Virus record (IMG/VR): IMGVR_UViG_3300022745_000030
Coordinates: 5,334 to 69,333 of that record
Strand: one strand, 5' to 3'
Source of the DNA: a virus
Length of the DNA: 64,000 bases
Within the stretch, counting starts at the first letter, position 1; each line of letters begins with the position of its first letter. The translations under genes and the position numbers were made by a program. The notes beneath the pieces are model-generated. The model was not told the origin of the DNA, made no database searches, and was given only the letters and a program-made list of their open reading frames with translations. Below are positions 28,989-38,842 of this stretch, in pieces.

Positions 28989-30197
28989 CTAAAGTGCCCT
29001 ACCGCAGGTGGGGCACTTCGGCTTCTCGTTCTCTAATTTCTTCTGGAGTGTAGTTAGTTCTTCATGCTGTACCTCCCAGGCACCTTGGCCTAAAAGAATT
29101 TGCCCGTCCAGAGTTTCTATCTGGCGGACGTGTTCCTCTATTCTGGTGATCTTCTCCCGGAACGTATTCTTTGAGTCCCGGAGGTCTGATAACGAAGACA
29201 GTTTACGCCCAGCCGATTCCACAATAGCAGACTTTTTGGAGATTTCTTCCTCGTCGGTTTTTGCTTGCTTTACGAGAGTACTGAGTTTCTTCCCCTTGGC
29301 TACCAGGGTATCCCGTTCCAGACCAATGCCCACCAAACCCTCCAAAATCGCTTTAGCCGCTACTTTGCGGTCCAGCGTCTGAATTGCTACTAGGCTACTG
29401 TGCAGCGATTCCAGCGTAGCGTGGCGCTGTTTGGTGCGGGCGATATCGCCTGCAAGCATTCCCAGCTTGGCTACGATCAGTTCCAGCGGCTCGGCTAGGG
29501 CTTCCTTCGACCGAACCTGGGCATCCAGTTCCAGGATATTGTCCCGGAGCAGGATTAGGGATTTCTGGGATTCGTAGAGTTTCTGTGATTCGTTGTCGAG
29601 TTCCTGGATTCTAGCCCAGTCTTCCTCGGCTTTGGGAACCCAGTACATGGATGCAAGGTCCTCGGCTGCCGTGGCTACCCGCTTAGCGGAGTCGGCTTCC
29701 AGGATCTTGGCTGCCGATACCCATTGCTTCAAGGTACCGATCGCGGTGTCGATCACCGAAAGATCGACTACCTTGTTGATTTCTTTGGCGATCTGGCCTG
29801 GGGTCATACCCAGAAGGTAAGGTGTATCGTGCTGCCCCTGGAAGCAGATGTCGGGTAGATTGATCGCTTGCCGGATTTCCTCTGGCTGGTTAGCGGCGCA
29901 AGCGGTAAACTTCGTGGGTGCTTGGTTGCCGATCTCACCAAGCGTATACCCGGATTCCTTGGTTGTCTTGTACCGGGTAACAACATGCGAGTCGGTAATG
30001 AGCCCGACTCGCATGTTGCTCTCCCCGTGAGTCACTAACCCCGTTGCCGGAGAATGCTGGGCAAGCCATCTGATTGCGCGAATGATAGCAGACTTCCCAG
30101 AATCGGTGGGTCCGGTTATCACATTCAACCCCGGCTTAAACTCGACTTCTAGGGAGCCGTGTGCTTGGACATTCTTGAGTCGCAATCTATGTAACAT
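28989..30197 (-). CDS. Rad50/SbcC N-terminal half
   Basis: GPTDSGKS Walker A, Q-loop FQGQHD, long coiled coil, ends in the zinc hook CPTCG. Confidence 0.88.
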   Translation of the reverse strand: MLHRLRLKNVQAHGSLEVEFKPGLNVITGPTDSGKSAIIRAIRWLAQHSPATGLVTHGESNMRVGLITDSHVVTRYKTTKESGYTLGEIGNQAPTKFTACAANQPEEIRQAINLPDICFQGQHDTPYLLGMTPGQIAKEINKVVDLSVIDTAIGTLKQWVSAAKILEADSAKRVATAAEDLASMYWVPKAEEDWARIQELDNESQKLYESQKSLILLRDNILELDAQVRSKEALAEPLELIVAKLGMLAGDIARTKQRHATLESLHSSLVAIQTLDRKVAAKAILEGLVGIGLERDTLVAKGKKLSTLVKQAKTDEEEISKKSAIVESAGRKLSSLSDLRDSKNTFREKITRIEEHVRQIETLDGQILLGQGAWEVQHEELTTLQKKLENEKPKCPTCGRAL

Positions 30198-30438
30198 TGC
30201 CGTCTTTCTGTGGTTTAGAGGTTAGGTGCCATCCACCGCAAAGGTTGCATCGGTATGCCCGTACTGGGAACTTACCGATCTCGGCCCCTGCGTCTTCTTG
30301 GCTTTTTGCTCTCTTTGAGATCGTTCGGATTCGGTCCTTGGCTTGATTCCGATCCCGAAATCTCACCTTCGAGCATAGGTGTGAGAAACACTGTGTCCCA
30401 GTATCCCTCTTCCTCAAACGCTTCGCGCTGTTGCTCAT
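30187..30438 (-). CDS. Small zinc-finger phage protein
   Basis: CSKVRF...RAYRCNLCGGWHLTS; likely start MSNSAK with GGAG upstream. Confidence 0.65.
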   Translation of the reverse strand: MSNSAKRLRKRDTGTQCFSHLCSKVRFRDRNQAKDRIRTISKRAKSQEDAGAEIGKFPVRAYRCNLCGGWHLTSKPQKDGNVT

Positions 30439-30571
30439 TGAATTTCTCCCACTCGTCATGTTGTTCCTTCGCCGATTGCCGGATGCGTTTTTCCATGCAT
30501 TCCGGGCAAACCGGCTTATTGGATACAAAGTAAGGGGAATCTACACTGGCACCACAATCGATGCAAATCAC
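30272..30571 (-). CDS. Putative zinc-ribbon protein
   Basis: CIDC...CPEC; GTG start overlaps the upstream stop. Confidence 0.5.
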   Translation of the reverse strand: MICIDCGASVDSPYFVSNKPVCPECMEKRIRQSAKEQHDEWEKFNEQQREAFEEEGYWDTVFLTPMLEGEISGSESSQGPNPNDLKESKKPRRRRGRDR

Positions 30572-30918
30572 GACGCGAGTTCCTTGTTGGACTGCGAAGC
30601 CATCTCCACTAAAGCCTTTAGGGATGCGAGGAGCATTTCCAGCGAAGGCCGGATGCGGGTGAACCGGAACAAGAATGGCACACCGATCGTGATTCCGATG
30701 TGGGACCGAAGGTAGAGTAGGGGGGATTTGTATGGGAAAATATCGAGTACCGATACCGAAAGGTCTTTGTGTACCATACCGAAACGCAGCACGGCGCCGG
30801 TATCTTTCGCAAAGTAATCGACAATGAATTTACCGCCGGATACCGAAAATCGCCGTGCTCGCTTTGGCTGGGCGACTGGGGCCGAGGGTTGTTGATCCTT
30901 TACAGTTTCTTCTGACAT
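30568..30918 (-). CDS. Hypothetical protein
   Basis: 116-aa ORF coupled in the operon. Confidence 0.55.
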   Translation of the reverse strand: MSEETVKDQQPSAPVAQPKRARRFSVSGGKFIVDYFAKDTGAVLRFGMVHKDLSVSVLDIFPYKSPLLYLRSHIGITIGVPFLFRFTRIRPSLEMLLASLKALVEMASQSNKELAS

Positions 30919-32111
30919 CGCAAGAACTCCAAGTTAGTTGAGTAGAACTTTTTGCTGAGACCGTTCTCAGTCATTTGTAGTATACCCAGGTCCAACTCAG
31001 AAAGAGAGTCCAAGGCATTATATTCCAGCAATTTGTGTGTCGGTACCCGGTGGATCTGGTTGAGTTGGTTCGAACCATCGGAGCCAAAGAATGGCTCTAC
31101 ATCGCCAGCGTAATACGGAACACCCAGTCGCGCGAAGGCTTGAAATTTCAAGCCCGCCACCGTTTTCCCTGGGTCTTCCATGTGTGCTGTGATGACGGTA
31201 TCCAAGCACCAGCTACGCACCGGGGTACCCAGCAATTGACGTGACCAGCGTTCTTCGAATTTTAGGTTGGCTGCTATCTTGGGTACTGGGGACTTGAGAT
31301 AGTCCACCAGATAAGGTGTGCTATCAGGAGTCACCATGAACGATACGCAATGCGGGGTGTTGTCTTCCTGGAGCCACGCTACTGCACAGCTAATGATCTT
31401 GTGTCCGAAAGCCTCGGGCTTGAGCCCGGTGGTTTCGTAGTCGAATGCCGTTATGCTGGACTGTTTAGCCATGTCCAGCATGATCCGGGTTTTGTTCAAG
31501 TCATAGCTGAGTGTGTACTGCTTGGCGTACTGGGGTGGCTTGGTATAGGGTCTCCCGGATAGCCGCAGTGCCGATCGCATGTGCCGGTATGCCCACAACT
31601 GGGATACCTCGGCATTCATCAGCTTGCGGGAGTACCCGACAGGGCATATCCAGGCATTCAGTTCCCGGCATGGTATCTGATGCCCGTACCACCTGTCGTA
31701 GAGCCCGGCATCCTCGCCCCACAACCACTTCGAGATCGATTGCATGGCTTCGTTGCCAAAGACAATGATCTTCTCTGGATTGATGGCTTTGATTTGCCTG
31801 GATAGAAGGGGCAGGCAGTGTCTCCAGGAGCCCTCTCCTGCCTCGGTGCAAGCAGAAGCCGGTACGATCGCAAACTGGGCGAAGCTGGGCCCGCCCACCC
31901 GGTCTAGGAGTGCCCGAAGAGTCTTGAACTCCCCGAACTCCAAAGACTTGGCAACGTCGCTATCCGGGCGATCGACTACGATTACCGTCTTTCGTGGATT
32001 CTTCACATGATCCCAGGATTGCGAAGGGGCCTTGCATTTCTGCAAGGCCCCACACGTCTGGCAATCTGGAATAACCGGCAATTGGTTATTGGTTTTGGGT
32101 AGGATGAACAT
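30900..32111 (-). CDS. DNA polymerase N-terminal subunit: UDG-like domain plus 3'-5' exonuclease
   Basis: CQTC...C cluster and INPEKIIVFG (family 4 UDG-like); Exo I AFDYETTG, Exo II ANLKFE, Exo III YNALDS. Confidence 0.85.
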   Translation of the reverse strand: MFILPKTNNQLPVIPDCQTCGALQKCKAPSQSWDHVKNPRKTVIVVDRPDSDVAKSLEFGEFKTLRALLDRVGGPSFAQFAIVPASACTEAGEGSWRHCLPLLSRQIKAINPEKIIVFGNEAMQSISKWLWGEDAGLYDRWYGHQIPCRELNAWICPVGYSRKLMNAEVSQLWAYRHMRSALRLSGRPYTKPPQYAKQYTLSYDLNKTRIMLDMAKQSSITAFDYETTGLKPEAFGHKIISCAVAWLQEDNTPHCVSFMVTPDSTPYLVDYLKSPVPKIAANLKFEERWSRQLLGTPVRSWCLDTVITAHMEDPGKTVAGLKFQAFARLGVPYYAGDVEPFFGSDGSNQLNQIHRVPTHKLLEYNALDSLSELDLGILQMTENGLSKKFYSTNLEFLRCQKKL

Positions 32112-33112
32112 CAGACGGCCTCTAGTGCTAACGCGTAAATGAATGACTCTCCCCGGATACGCAGGGCGTTGTCGGTGAGTTCGCAGGGTAGCCCGTGCTT
32201 AATCAGATTGCTTGCGTACTTCGGATTGATACCGAAAGACACAGGAACCCCATCGTAATCGAGTTCCCGCGATTCCTCGTACCATCCATCGTGATTCAGA
32301 GCCCGGATAATCATCTTGCCGGGCTCCAGTCGCACGATACCCGCCTTCCCGGTAGAAGTGGATGCCATGAACGGGCTCGCCCGATCGAGTGCTTCCATGA
32401 CGCCTGCCGGAAGCATCAGACTGCCCTTTGAGGGCATATCGACTACTCCCGATAAGTCCGGGTACTCTTTGTCGTACTTGCGTACTGAGAGCACAAGACC
32501 AGTATACGTCTTCCAGTGAAGCCAGTTATCGGATTCCGCTGACGCTGCCACCCCGAGACCCTGAACTGCCATGCAACTTTGTTTGCGAATCAGCGTAGGC
32601 GCAGAGAGCCCGGTATCCACTCGATACTGCACAAGCTGTGACTCGTCGCAGGCTTGCATGGTAGTCGGTGTAAGATGTACGCAGTTCAATTCGAACCGAT
32701 CGTTGTCCTTCGCCGCACACCCGGCAACCAGAGTCAAGGCATCAGCAAACGCCGGGCACATATCCCGCCACTGGTGAGCCTCTTCTACGATGCCGCTAGG
32801 CAGAAGAATCTCGGTGCTGAGTCGCACCACCATTCTCCTGCCTGCACCTTTGATGCGGAGTTCCTTCTCGGTAGCCGTGATCGCGATCTCGTCCTCGGAT
32901 AGCTTGCGCATGATTTCAAGCAGTGGCTTGTGGGGCACAGCGCCTGTGATCTCTAGCGGGGTATCCTGGCGACAAAGTATCTCGTCGTTGAACGTCGTGA
33001 TCTTGTTCGGGGAGAAGATGAAACAGGATGACTGCTCCACCGATTCCTTCGAACTAACGCCCGGTAGCGTGGCTTCCAGGGCAGACAGAAATTCTCTTCG
33101 ATTCAGAAGCAT
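32111..33112 (-). CDS. DNA sliding clamp (beta-clamp-like)
   Basis: About 333 aa; FELNCVHL, EYPDL and FGINPKY motifs resembling DnaN. Confidence 0.75.
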   Translation of the reverse strand: MLLNRREFLSALEATLPGVSSKESVEQSSCFIFSPNKITTFNDEILCRQDTPLEITGAVPHKPLLEIMRKLSEDEIAITATEKELRIKGAGRRMVVRLSTEILLPSGIVEEAHQWRDMCPAFADALTLVAGCAAKDNDRFELNCVHLTPTTMQACDESQLVQYRVDTGLSAPTLIRKQSCMAVQGLGVAASAESDNWLHWKTYTGLVLSVRKYDKEYPDLSGVVDMPSKGSLMLPAGVMEALDRASPFMASTSTGKAGIVRLEPGKMIIRALNHDGWYEESRELDYDGVPVSFGINPKYASNLIKHGLPCELTDNALRIRGESFIYALALEAV

Positions 33113-33119
33113 GGAACCC

Positions 33120-33593
33120 TCACTGCGGTATGGTAAGCACGAATTTGTACTGGTCATTCACAATACCACGGACTCCCGGTACTTTGAATCCCTGGCTACG
33201 CAAAAATAGTTGGCTGGTCAGATCAATCTCGGGAACCATGCAAGCAAACCGAATCACGTTGGGTGGTCGGTCAACGGCGATAACAGTACGAAAGATACTG
33301 CTACCCACGCCCTGTCTTTGGTATTGTGGGATGACGGCGAACCGGGAAATGATTCCCTCATACATCGCATCCCCGAACGGGGAAAGGTGCATGAGCAAGT
33401 AGCCCACTGTCTTGCCTGTGGATGCCAGGGACCCAGTGTAGCACACCACGTCGTCTGGACTGCCAAGAATTTGCTTGGAGAACCAGCGACGGGGCTTGCT
33501 TGCCGCTTCGAACGCGAGAGCATCGATTTCGGCAAGAGTCTGGATATCCGCAGGCCCGGCTTCAAAGCTGAGGATTAGAGGCTTTTTGGTCAT
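33120..33593 (-). CDS. GNAT acetyltransferase (RimI-like)
   Basis: FAVIPQYQRQGVGS motif A and SQLFLRSQGF. Confidence 0.85.
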   Translation of the reverse strand: MTKKPLILSFEAGPADIQTLAEIDALAFEAASKPRRWFSKQILGSPDDVVCYTGSLASTGKTVGYLLMHLSPFGDAMYEGIISRFAVIPQYQRQGVGSSIFRTVIAVDRPPNVIRFACMVPEIDLTSQLFLRSQGFKVPGVRGIVNDQYKFVLTIPQ

Positions 33594-34126
33594 ACTAATG
33601 CTTTCAGGAATTGGCGGTTCTCGTAGCAAAGAAAGTCCTCAAGGGGCAAAGCGTACCCGGTACTCCAGGCATCATATACCCAAGGGATCGCATTGAAACC
33701 AATCATTTTCGAGCGATCTTGTGGCTGTGGTATGTTGGTGAATACCAGTGCTTTGCGGCGATCCCTCTTTCGCACCAGTGCCCAGTACGGGGTACCGGAT
33801 AGCGAGGCTTGCCGGGTGGCTTGGTCCAAGAAATCCTGGAGCAAACATTTGGGCTTGTCCAAAAGATCCTCGATCGTGTGTGCGTTATACCCTCGCTTGA
33901 GTTCGAAGGTAACCAGCTTGAGTAGCTGATGGGCTTCAGCACTCTGGGCGCTGATATCCCCAACGCTGTTGATCGTTGTCTTCCCGGCTTTTGCCCGCTG
34001 GGTTGCCCGGCCCCCGGATGCCGAGGACCTCCAGAACCAGTCGTCATGCTGTCCGTCTGACCACCAGAGGGACAGTTCTTTGGCGAACTCGCGTTCGAAC
34101 GCGCCGCCTTTTCGGCTACTTGGCAT
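33590..34126 (-). CDS. Holliday junction resolvase (PD-(D/E)xK, Hjc-like)
   Basis: SSRKGGAFERE...SGG...GDI...FELKR; start at 34126. Confidence 0.85.
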   Translation of the reverse strand: MPSSRKGGAFEREFAKELSLWWSDGQHDDWFWRSSASGGRATQRAKAGKTTINSVGDISAQSAEAHQLLKLVTFELKRGYNAHTIEDLLDKPKCLLQDFLDQATRQASLSGTPYWALVRKRDRRKALVFTNIPQPQDRSKMIGFNAIPWVYDAWSTGYALPLEDFLCYENRQFLKALV

Positions 34127-34457
34127 CTTGCTCGCCTTCCTTTGGCTGGATTTGCATCGAAAGGATTTGCGAGGATAGCTCCTGTACCGATGCCTTGCTA
34201 CCACTGAGCAAGCGGTATGCGGTAGCCCGGCCCATTGTCTCGCAGTAGGCTTCGACTCGCGCTGGGTCCAAGGTGCCCGCAGCAAACTGCCGCACGTTGC
34301 GGGCACGGATGCGATACACCTTCACCGCAGGGACCGGTCGATTGATTGCTCGATCCATTTGCTGTGCTTCGAACTCTCGTCGCTTTCGCTTACGTTCAAA
34401 GAAATGAAACTTGCGGCGACGTTCGATTCGGATTTGTTTTTTCTCTGCTGTTTTCAT
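34116..34457 (-). CDS. Basic hypothetical protein
   Basis: 113-aa Arg/Lys-rich ORF coupled in the operon. Confidence 0.55.
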   Translation of the reverse strand: MKTAEKKQIRIERRRKFHFFERKRKRREFEAQQMDRAINRPVPAVKVYRIRARNVRQFAAGTLDPARVEAYCETMGRATAYRLLSGSKASVQELSSQILSMQIQPKEGEQDAK

Positions 34458-34465
34458 GGTTCTTG

Positions 34466-34879
34466 TTAATCCTTGCTAGCGTATCGTTCTTTGAGGACGT
34501 CTACATATGCTATCCCGTTTTCGGTCAGGTCGCACCCGCCGTGTTCGTTCCAATCCCAGTAATTGTCAGTATCATGCAGTCTTTGCAGATTCTGCCAGAA
34601 ATGAATGCTGTGTCCCCGATACTCGGGTTTGAGTGCGCGGTCCAGACTTTCGGTATTCCATTGCTGGGACACTGGACACACACCAGCGTCTTCTGGGTTT
34701 TCCAGACATCGCCCCACAGCGCACATATCCCCCACCTTTACGTGTGGTGCGGGGAATTCGCTGAGGTTTTCGGCTGTGACGTAGTAGAGACAGCCCCACG
34801 CTGTCATAGCCCGGTTGCGGGTGCGATAATACTCAACGGTCTCGTTGATAATTTCGATCTTGGTTTTTGTCTGGGTCAT
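34466..34879 (-). CDS. Hypothetical phage protein
   Basis: CLYY...MCAVGRCL...LQRLHD pattern. Confidence 0.65.
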   Translation of the reverse strand: MTQTKTKIEIINETVEYYRTRNRAMTAWGCLYYVTAENLSEFPAPHVKVGDMCAVGRCLENPEDAGVCPVSQQWNTESLDRALKPEYRGHSIHFWQNLQRLHDTDNYWDWNEHGGCDLTENGIAYVDVLKERYASKD

Positions 34880-35712
34880 ATCCCAAATCCTCCAATTTCC
34901 TCTTTGATGTAAAAACCGGACTCACGCCCGATCAAGTTCCAATCGATCTCGCCCACTTCCTCAGCGGTGCATTTCAGCTTTCCGAAAAAAGGCAGCCGGG
35001 TGAGTTGTATGTTTCTGTTATACACCTCGATGTTGTCGAAAAACAACTGTTGTTTGGTTTTTAGTTTGCCCATCATGAACTTGGAGGCGGTCTTTTCGGC
35101 TACTCCGGGTAGTCCTTCGATGTTGTCCGACGTGCAGCCTGACCACGCCTTCACCGATGCCCAGAGAGCCGGGGGTACACCAAACTCGGCTTGTAGGGAC
35201 TCTTCGGTGTAGTAGTCCTTGGTCTTTTGCTTGTAGATCATAACCCGCTTGCCGTCCAGGCATTGGTAGAGATCCTGGTCCGAGGATACGATGTAGATTT
35301 TGTCGAAAGCGGGGGAGTTCATCGCGACCGAGGCGATGATGTCGTCGGCCTCGTATCCGTGTTCCTGTACGACGTTGGCTGCCGGGAACCCCATAGCCGG
35401 TAGGAATGTGCGGCGAAGTGCATGTACTTGATCGTACATCGCTAACCGGGCTGCCCTGGAGTCTGGGTCTTCCTTCTCCCGGTCTGCCTTACGCTTGGCT
35501 TTGTATTCCGGGTAGATTTCCGATCGGAAGTTGTACCCTGAATCGAACGCGAATACGAAGTTGTTGGTATCGAAGGTGTCCCGCAAAAGTAGCAGGGATT
35601 TCCAAACTCCGTAGAGAACTCCGGTCGGTTCCCCGTCCCGAGATAAAGCCCCGGTTGTGTGCAGGGCTTTGTGGGCTAGATTGCTTACGTCAACTACTAC
35701 CAGTCGTTTCAT
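34876..35712 (-). CDS. 5'-3' exonuclease/flap endonuclease
   Basis: VDVSN, FRSEIYPEYKAKR, EADD, SSDQD and SDNIEGLPGV motifs. Confidence 0.92.
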   Translation of the reverse strand: MKRLVVVDVSNLAHKALHTTGALSRDGEPTGVLYGVWKSLLLLRDTFDTNNFVFAFDSGYNFRSEIYPEYKAKRKADREKEDPDSRAARLAMYDQVHALRRTFLPAMGFPAANVVQEHGYEADDIIASVAMNSPAFDKIYIVSSDQDLYQCLDGKRVMIYKQKTKDYYTEESLQAEFGVPPALWASVKAWSGCTSDNIEGLPGVAEKTASKFMMGKLKTKQQLFFDNIEVYNRNIQLTRLPFFGKLKCTAEEVGEIDWNLIGRESGFYIKEEIGGFGI

Positions 35713-35759
35713 GTTTCCTCCGTACACTGCGGTTGAGTTCTATTGCAGTATACGGTCGG

Positions 35760-35794
35760 AAAACAGAATCCGGGAGCCTGGGCTCCCGGATTTC
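35760..35794 (-). terminator. Intrinsic terminator after recA-like gene
   Basis: ATCCGGGAGCC/GGCTCCCGGAT inverted repeat followed by TCTGTTTT on the minus strand. Confidence 0.7.
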
Positions 35795-35799
35795 TTCAA

Positions 35800-36879
35800 T
35801 TAGTCTTGGTACCTGGGCTTGCGGCCTGGGTGCAGCTTCTCTTCGATCTCAAGCCACTTCTCTTGCAGGAAGTCCATGACTTCCGTGTGCTTGTTGTCGT
35901 CATCCAGTTTTCGCAGTAGTTCGTCCCGGTAGTAGGTTGCCTCGTACCAGGGGCTCTTGATTCGGCCCCCGCCGTTGGGCAGGAACTTCTCTTCCAGGAG
36001 CCAATCGATCGCGCTTCCCAGATCATCGATACCGTACTCTGGTAGCACAGATATCTCAACCATGCGGGCCTTACCGTTCACTCGGTTCTTCCGCACGTTG
36101 CATCGTGCCTTGGTGCCGATCACCCGTTCCTTATCGTTGACTTTCTTTTTGATCTCTCCCGCGTTCTTTAGCCACACTTCGACGTGGCTGTAGAATTTGA
36201 GAGCCCGGCCCCCGGATCGCGTGTCTTTAGGTCCGTATAGCCCGGCGTCGATGTTGTCTCGAAGCTGGGAGATAATGAACAGGATAGACCCGGATTCCGC
36301 CAGATGGTTGACCACAAAACGCAGCCGGGAACTATGGATCTTGGCTTTGCCGTCACCGTAGTCCCCCTTGGTTTCCTTGTCCTCCGCGCGACGCTTGGCG
36401 TTCTCTTCGACGCTTTCTCGCTCTTTGCGAGTCGAGAAGCCGTCTGCCGAATCCATGATCGCGATGTACTTGGTGCCGCTGTCGGCTAGGCTATCCAGGT
36501 AATCGTAGGCGTCTTCCATGTACAGAGGGGAAACCACTTTGATTCGCCGGGCTGCCTTGCTACCAAAGAACCGGGTGAAGTCCATACATGCCCCGTTCTC
36601 GCTGGAAATGAAGATCAGTTCGTAGTCCTCGTAAGCTGGGTTCCGGGCAGCCTCAGCCAGTGTGGTGAGCAGTAGGAAGGTCTTCCCACTGCCCGAGTCC
36701 CCGACGAACAAAACGTAGGTGCCGGGTGCCACACCCACATCAGCGCGGCCAGAGATCGAGAGGTTCAAAAGCCCACACCCGGTCGATAGATTCGGTGCTA
36801 TGCTGGGGGCTGGGTTGAGGTCCTCCGTGGCTTGCTGTAGGGTGTCCATGATCTCTTCTGACTGCTTTTTTCGTGCCAT
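35800..36879 (-). CDS. RecA/UvsX-like recombinase
   Basis: GDSGSGKT, IMDS, ISQLRDNI and SGGRALKFYS motifs. Confidence 0.92.
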   Translation of the reverse strand: MARKKQSEEIMDTLQQATEDLNPAPSIAPNLSTGCGLLNLSISGRADVGVAPGTYVLFVGDSGSGKTFLLLTTLAEAARNPAYEDYELIFISSENGACMDFTRFFGSKAARRIKVVSPLYMEDAYDYLDSLADSGTKYIAIMDSADGFSTRKERESVEENAKRRAEDKETKGDYGDGKAKIHSSRLRFVVNHLAESGSILFIISQLRDNIDAGLYGPKDTRSGGRALKFYSHVEVWLKNAGEIKKKVNDKERVIGTKARCNVRKNRVNGKARMVEISVLPEYGIDDLGSAIDWLLEEKFLPNGGGRIKSPWYEATYYRDELLRKLDDDNKHTEVMDFLQEKWLEIEEKLHPGRKPRYQD

Positions 36880-37075
36880 CGTATGTCCTTCCGAACGTGA
36901 TGTTTTTGGTTGCTCTTACTTGGTTGTTGGGGAATTCCCATATCTCCCCGGTGTCTTGGATGATACAGGTAAACAGCTTAGGCTGTTCCCACCCGTATTC
37001 GGTGACCAGGAATGCCATTCCTCGGCCTTGGGGTGTTTCTAGCTCGATCGGGCATTTGAGTTCGTGAATCTTCAT
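36740..37075 (-). CDS. Hypothetical protein
   Basis: ETPQGRG...TGEIWEF...NITFGR; the C-terminal tail overlaps recA. Confidence 0.55.
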   Translation of the reverse strand: MKIHELKCPIELETPQGRGMAFLVTEYGWEQPKLFTCIIQDTGEIWEFPNNQVRATKNITFGRTYDGTKKAVRRDHGHPTASHGGPQPSPQHSTESIDRVWAFEPLDLWPR

Positions 37076-37614
37076 CGCACCATCTGCCCCCAGAGTCTTG
37101 CGGATCGCACCGTGGCTTCGTAGTCCATCGGAACCGGGTTATACGAAGACTCGTTCCAGGGTTGCTTGAACAGGATGGCAAGGCCGTCACCTTCCATGTA
37201 CTTGTTCCAATTCTCGATGTAGTCATCGATCAGCAATGTATCTGAGGTACTGAATCGCCACTTCTCGGCGCAGGTGAATACGTGAGAGGGCTTGACTCCG
37301 AAATGGTGCTTCATCCATCGCTGCTTGGCTGATGCAGCGTGTACGCATTCCCCGGTCGATGTGATGTACCGCACTTCTGCAATCTTGTTGCATTCATCGA
37401 TTAAAGCCCCTGCCCAGGGGTAAGGTTCGAGGGTTTCCCAGAATGTCGGGTTAAGCGATCGCCAGAATGCCCCAGCGTCGATGCCAAAGTCGGGGAAGAA
37501 ATCCCACCGGCGTACTTCGTCTTCGCGATTCGGCTTGTTCATCCATTTGAATACACCCCGCACGAAGTTTGCCAGGACGCCATCGATGTCGATATTGATT
37601 GTCGGTTTTGCCAT
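37072..37614 (-). CDS. 5'(3')-deoxyribonucleotidase (HAD, NT5C-like)
   Basis: DIDGVLANF, LLIDD and QPWN motifs. Confidence 0.9.
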   Translation of the reverse strand: MAKPTINIDIDGVLANFVRGVFKWMNKPNREDEVRRWDFFPDFGIDAGAFWRSLNPTFWETLEPYPWAGALIDECNKIAEVRYITSTGECVHAASAKQRWMKHHFGVKPSHVFTCAEKWRFSTSDTLLIDDYIENWNKYMEGDGLAILFKQPWNESSYNPVPMDYEATVRSARLWGQMVR

Positions 37615-37633
37615 GATTTTCCTGTAGGTACAC

Positions 37634-37669
37634 AAAAAAACCCGGCACCCAGTTTCCCAGGTGCCGGGT
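37634..37669 (-). terminator. Intrinsic terminator after SSB gene
   Basis: ACCCGGCACC...GGTGCCGGGT hairpin followed by a T run on the minus strand. Confidence 0.85.
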
Positions 37670-37706
37670 ACCCCAATGCAGCATCCCCATGCTGCTTGCT
37701 TCAATG

Positions 37707-38840
37707 CTACTTGTCCCAAGCCTCGTCCCACGGGGCTTCCGCTTCTGCGGCAACGGCTACCGGTTCAGCGGGTGGAGTTGCCTTTTTGGTTTCCTTTGGC
37801 TTCTCCGGTCGGGGTCGTGGGGCTTTGGTGAGTTCCGATACCGATACTCGGTATGGCTCGCCATCAGCGTCTTCCACGTTGACAACGTCATCCGATACCT
37901 TTCGGACCTCGACCTCCTTTTCGTAGAGGAACATCTTGTCCCCCTTGTTGATCGTGGGTGCCGCAGGTTGCGGCGGAGCGATCGGTGCAGGTGCAGCCGG
38001 TGCTGGTGCAGCAGGCGCCGCTGGGGCTGGTGCTGCCGGAGCAACAGGCGATGCCACAGCCGCAGGCGCGGCGGGAACCGCAGCCGGTGCTGGGGTAGCT
38101 GGAAGCACCACACCGAAAAACGCTCGGGACTGTTCTTCGTAGGACATGTCAACCAAAAGCGTCTCAAGGTCGTGACCCTGGCTCAGCATTTCCGGCTTCA
38201 AGCCGCCGTGCTTGTCAAAGTCGAACGAGACCGCCTTGTAGAACTTGTGCCCGCCGAAGGTATCTTCCTTGAACGTGACCGTGATCCAGCAACCACGCAC
38301 TGGGTGTGCCATGTCCTTGAGGAAAGCGTACTTCTCGGCGATCGTCTTGTTAAGGCTGTTCGCCTTGGACTTGACTTCTTCCATCAACGGCTCAAAGAAG
38401 TTCGCGAAGGCGTGTTCGAACAAGACAACCTTGTTCTGGAACCGGTCGCCTGCTCCGTCTTTGATGTAGATGTTGCACAAGGTCATGTGCTGGCTACGAG
38501 GCTTCTTTTCGTCCCCGGTGCCCACCCAGCTTCGAAGGCTGTCGGTGATCGCACAAGGGCGTCCGAAAGTCTTCGCGGCGTCGATGCCACTCATTTTGCG
38601 GGTTGGACCCAGGCGACGGTACACCCAGTAGTCCGAAACGTAGTGAGGGGAACCGGGAGCCGCCGTGCGGTGACGTGAAGTAATGTATGGAATAAATGCG
38701 AAAGTGACAACACATTCTTCCTTGGGTCGCCAAAGGTCGATGCCCTTGGGGATGCGAAGAACACCGAGTTCCTGGGAATCTTCTCCCAGGGAACCCATCA
38801 AACCAAAACTGTCGAAATCGCCGAATGCGTCCATTGACAT
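37707..38840 (-). CDS. Single-stranded DNA-binding protein (gp32-like, putative)
   Basis: FIPY...FGRPCAI core, Ala/Pro linker, acidic aromatic C-terminus (WDEAWDK); replication-cluster context. Confidence 0.65.
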   Translation of the reverse strand: MSMDAFGDFDSFGLMGSLGEDSQELGVLRIPKGIDLWRPKEECVVTFAFIPYITSRHRTAAPGSPHYVSDYWVYRRLGPTRKMSGIDAAKTFGRPCAITDSLRSWVGTGDEKKPRSQHMTLCNIYIKDGAGDRFQNKVVLFEHAFANFFEPLMEEVKSKANSLNKTIAEKYAFLKDMAHPVRGCWITVTFKEDTFGGHKFYKAVSFDFDKHGGLKPEMLSQGHDLETLLVDMSYEEQSRAFFGVVLPATPAPAAVPAAPAAVASPVAPAAPAPAAPAAPAPAAPAPIAPPQPAAPTINKGDKMFLYEKEVEVRKVSDDVVNVEDADGEPYRVSVSELTKAPRPRPEKPKETKKATPPAEPVAVAAEAEAPWDEAWDK

Positions 38841-38842
38841 AA

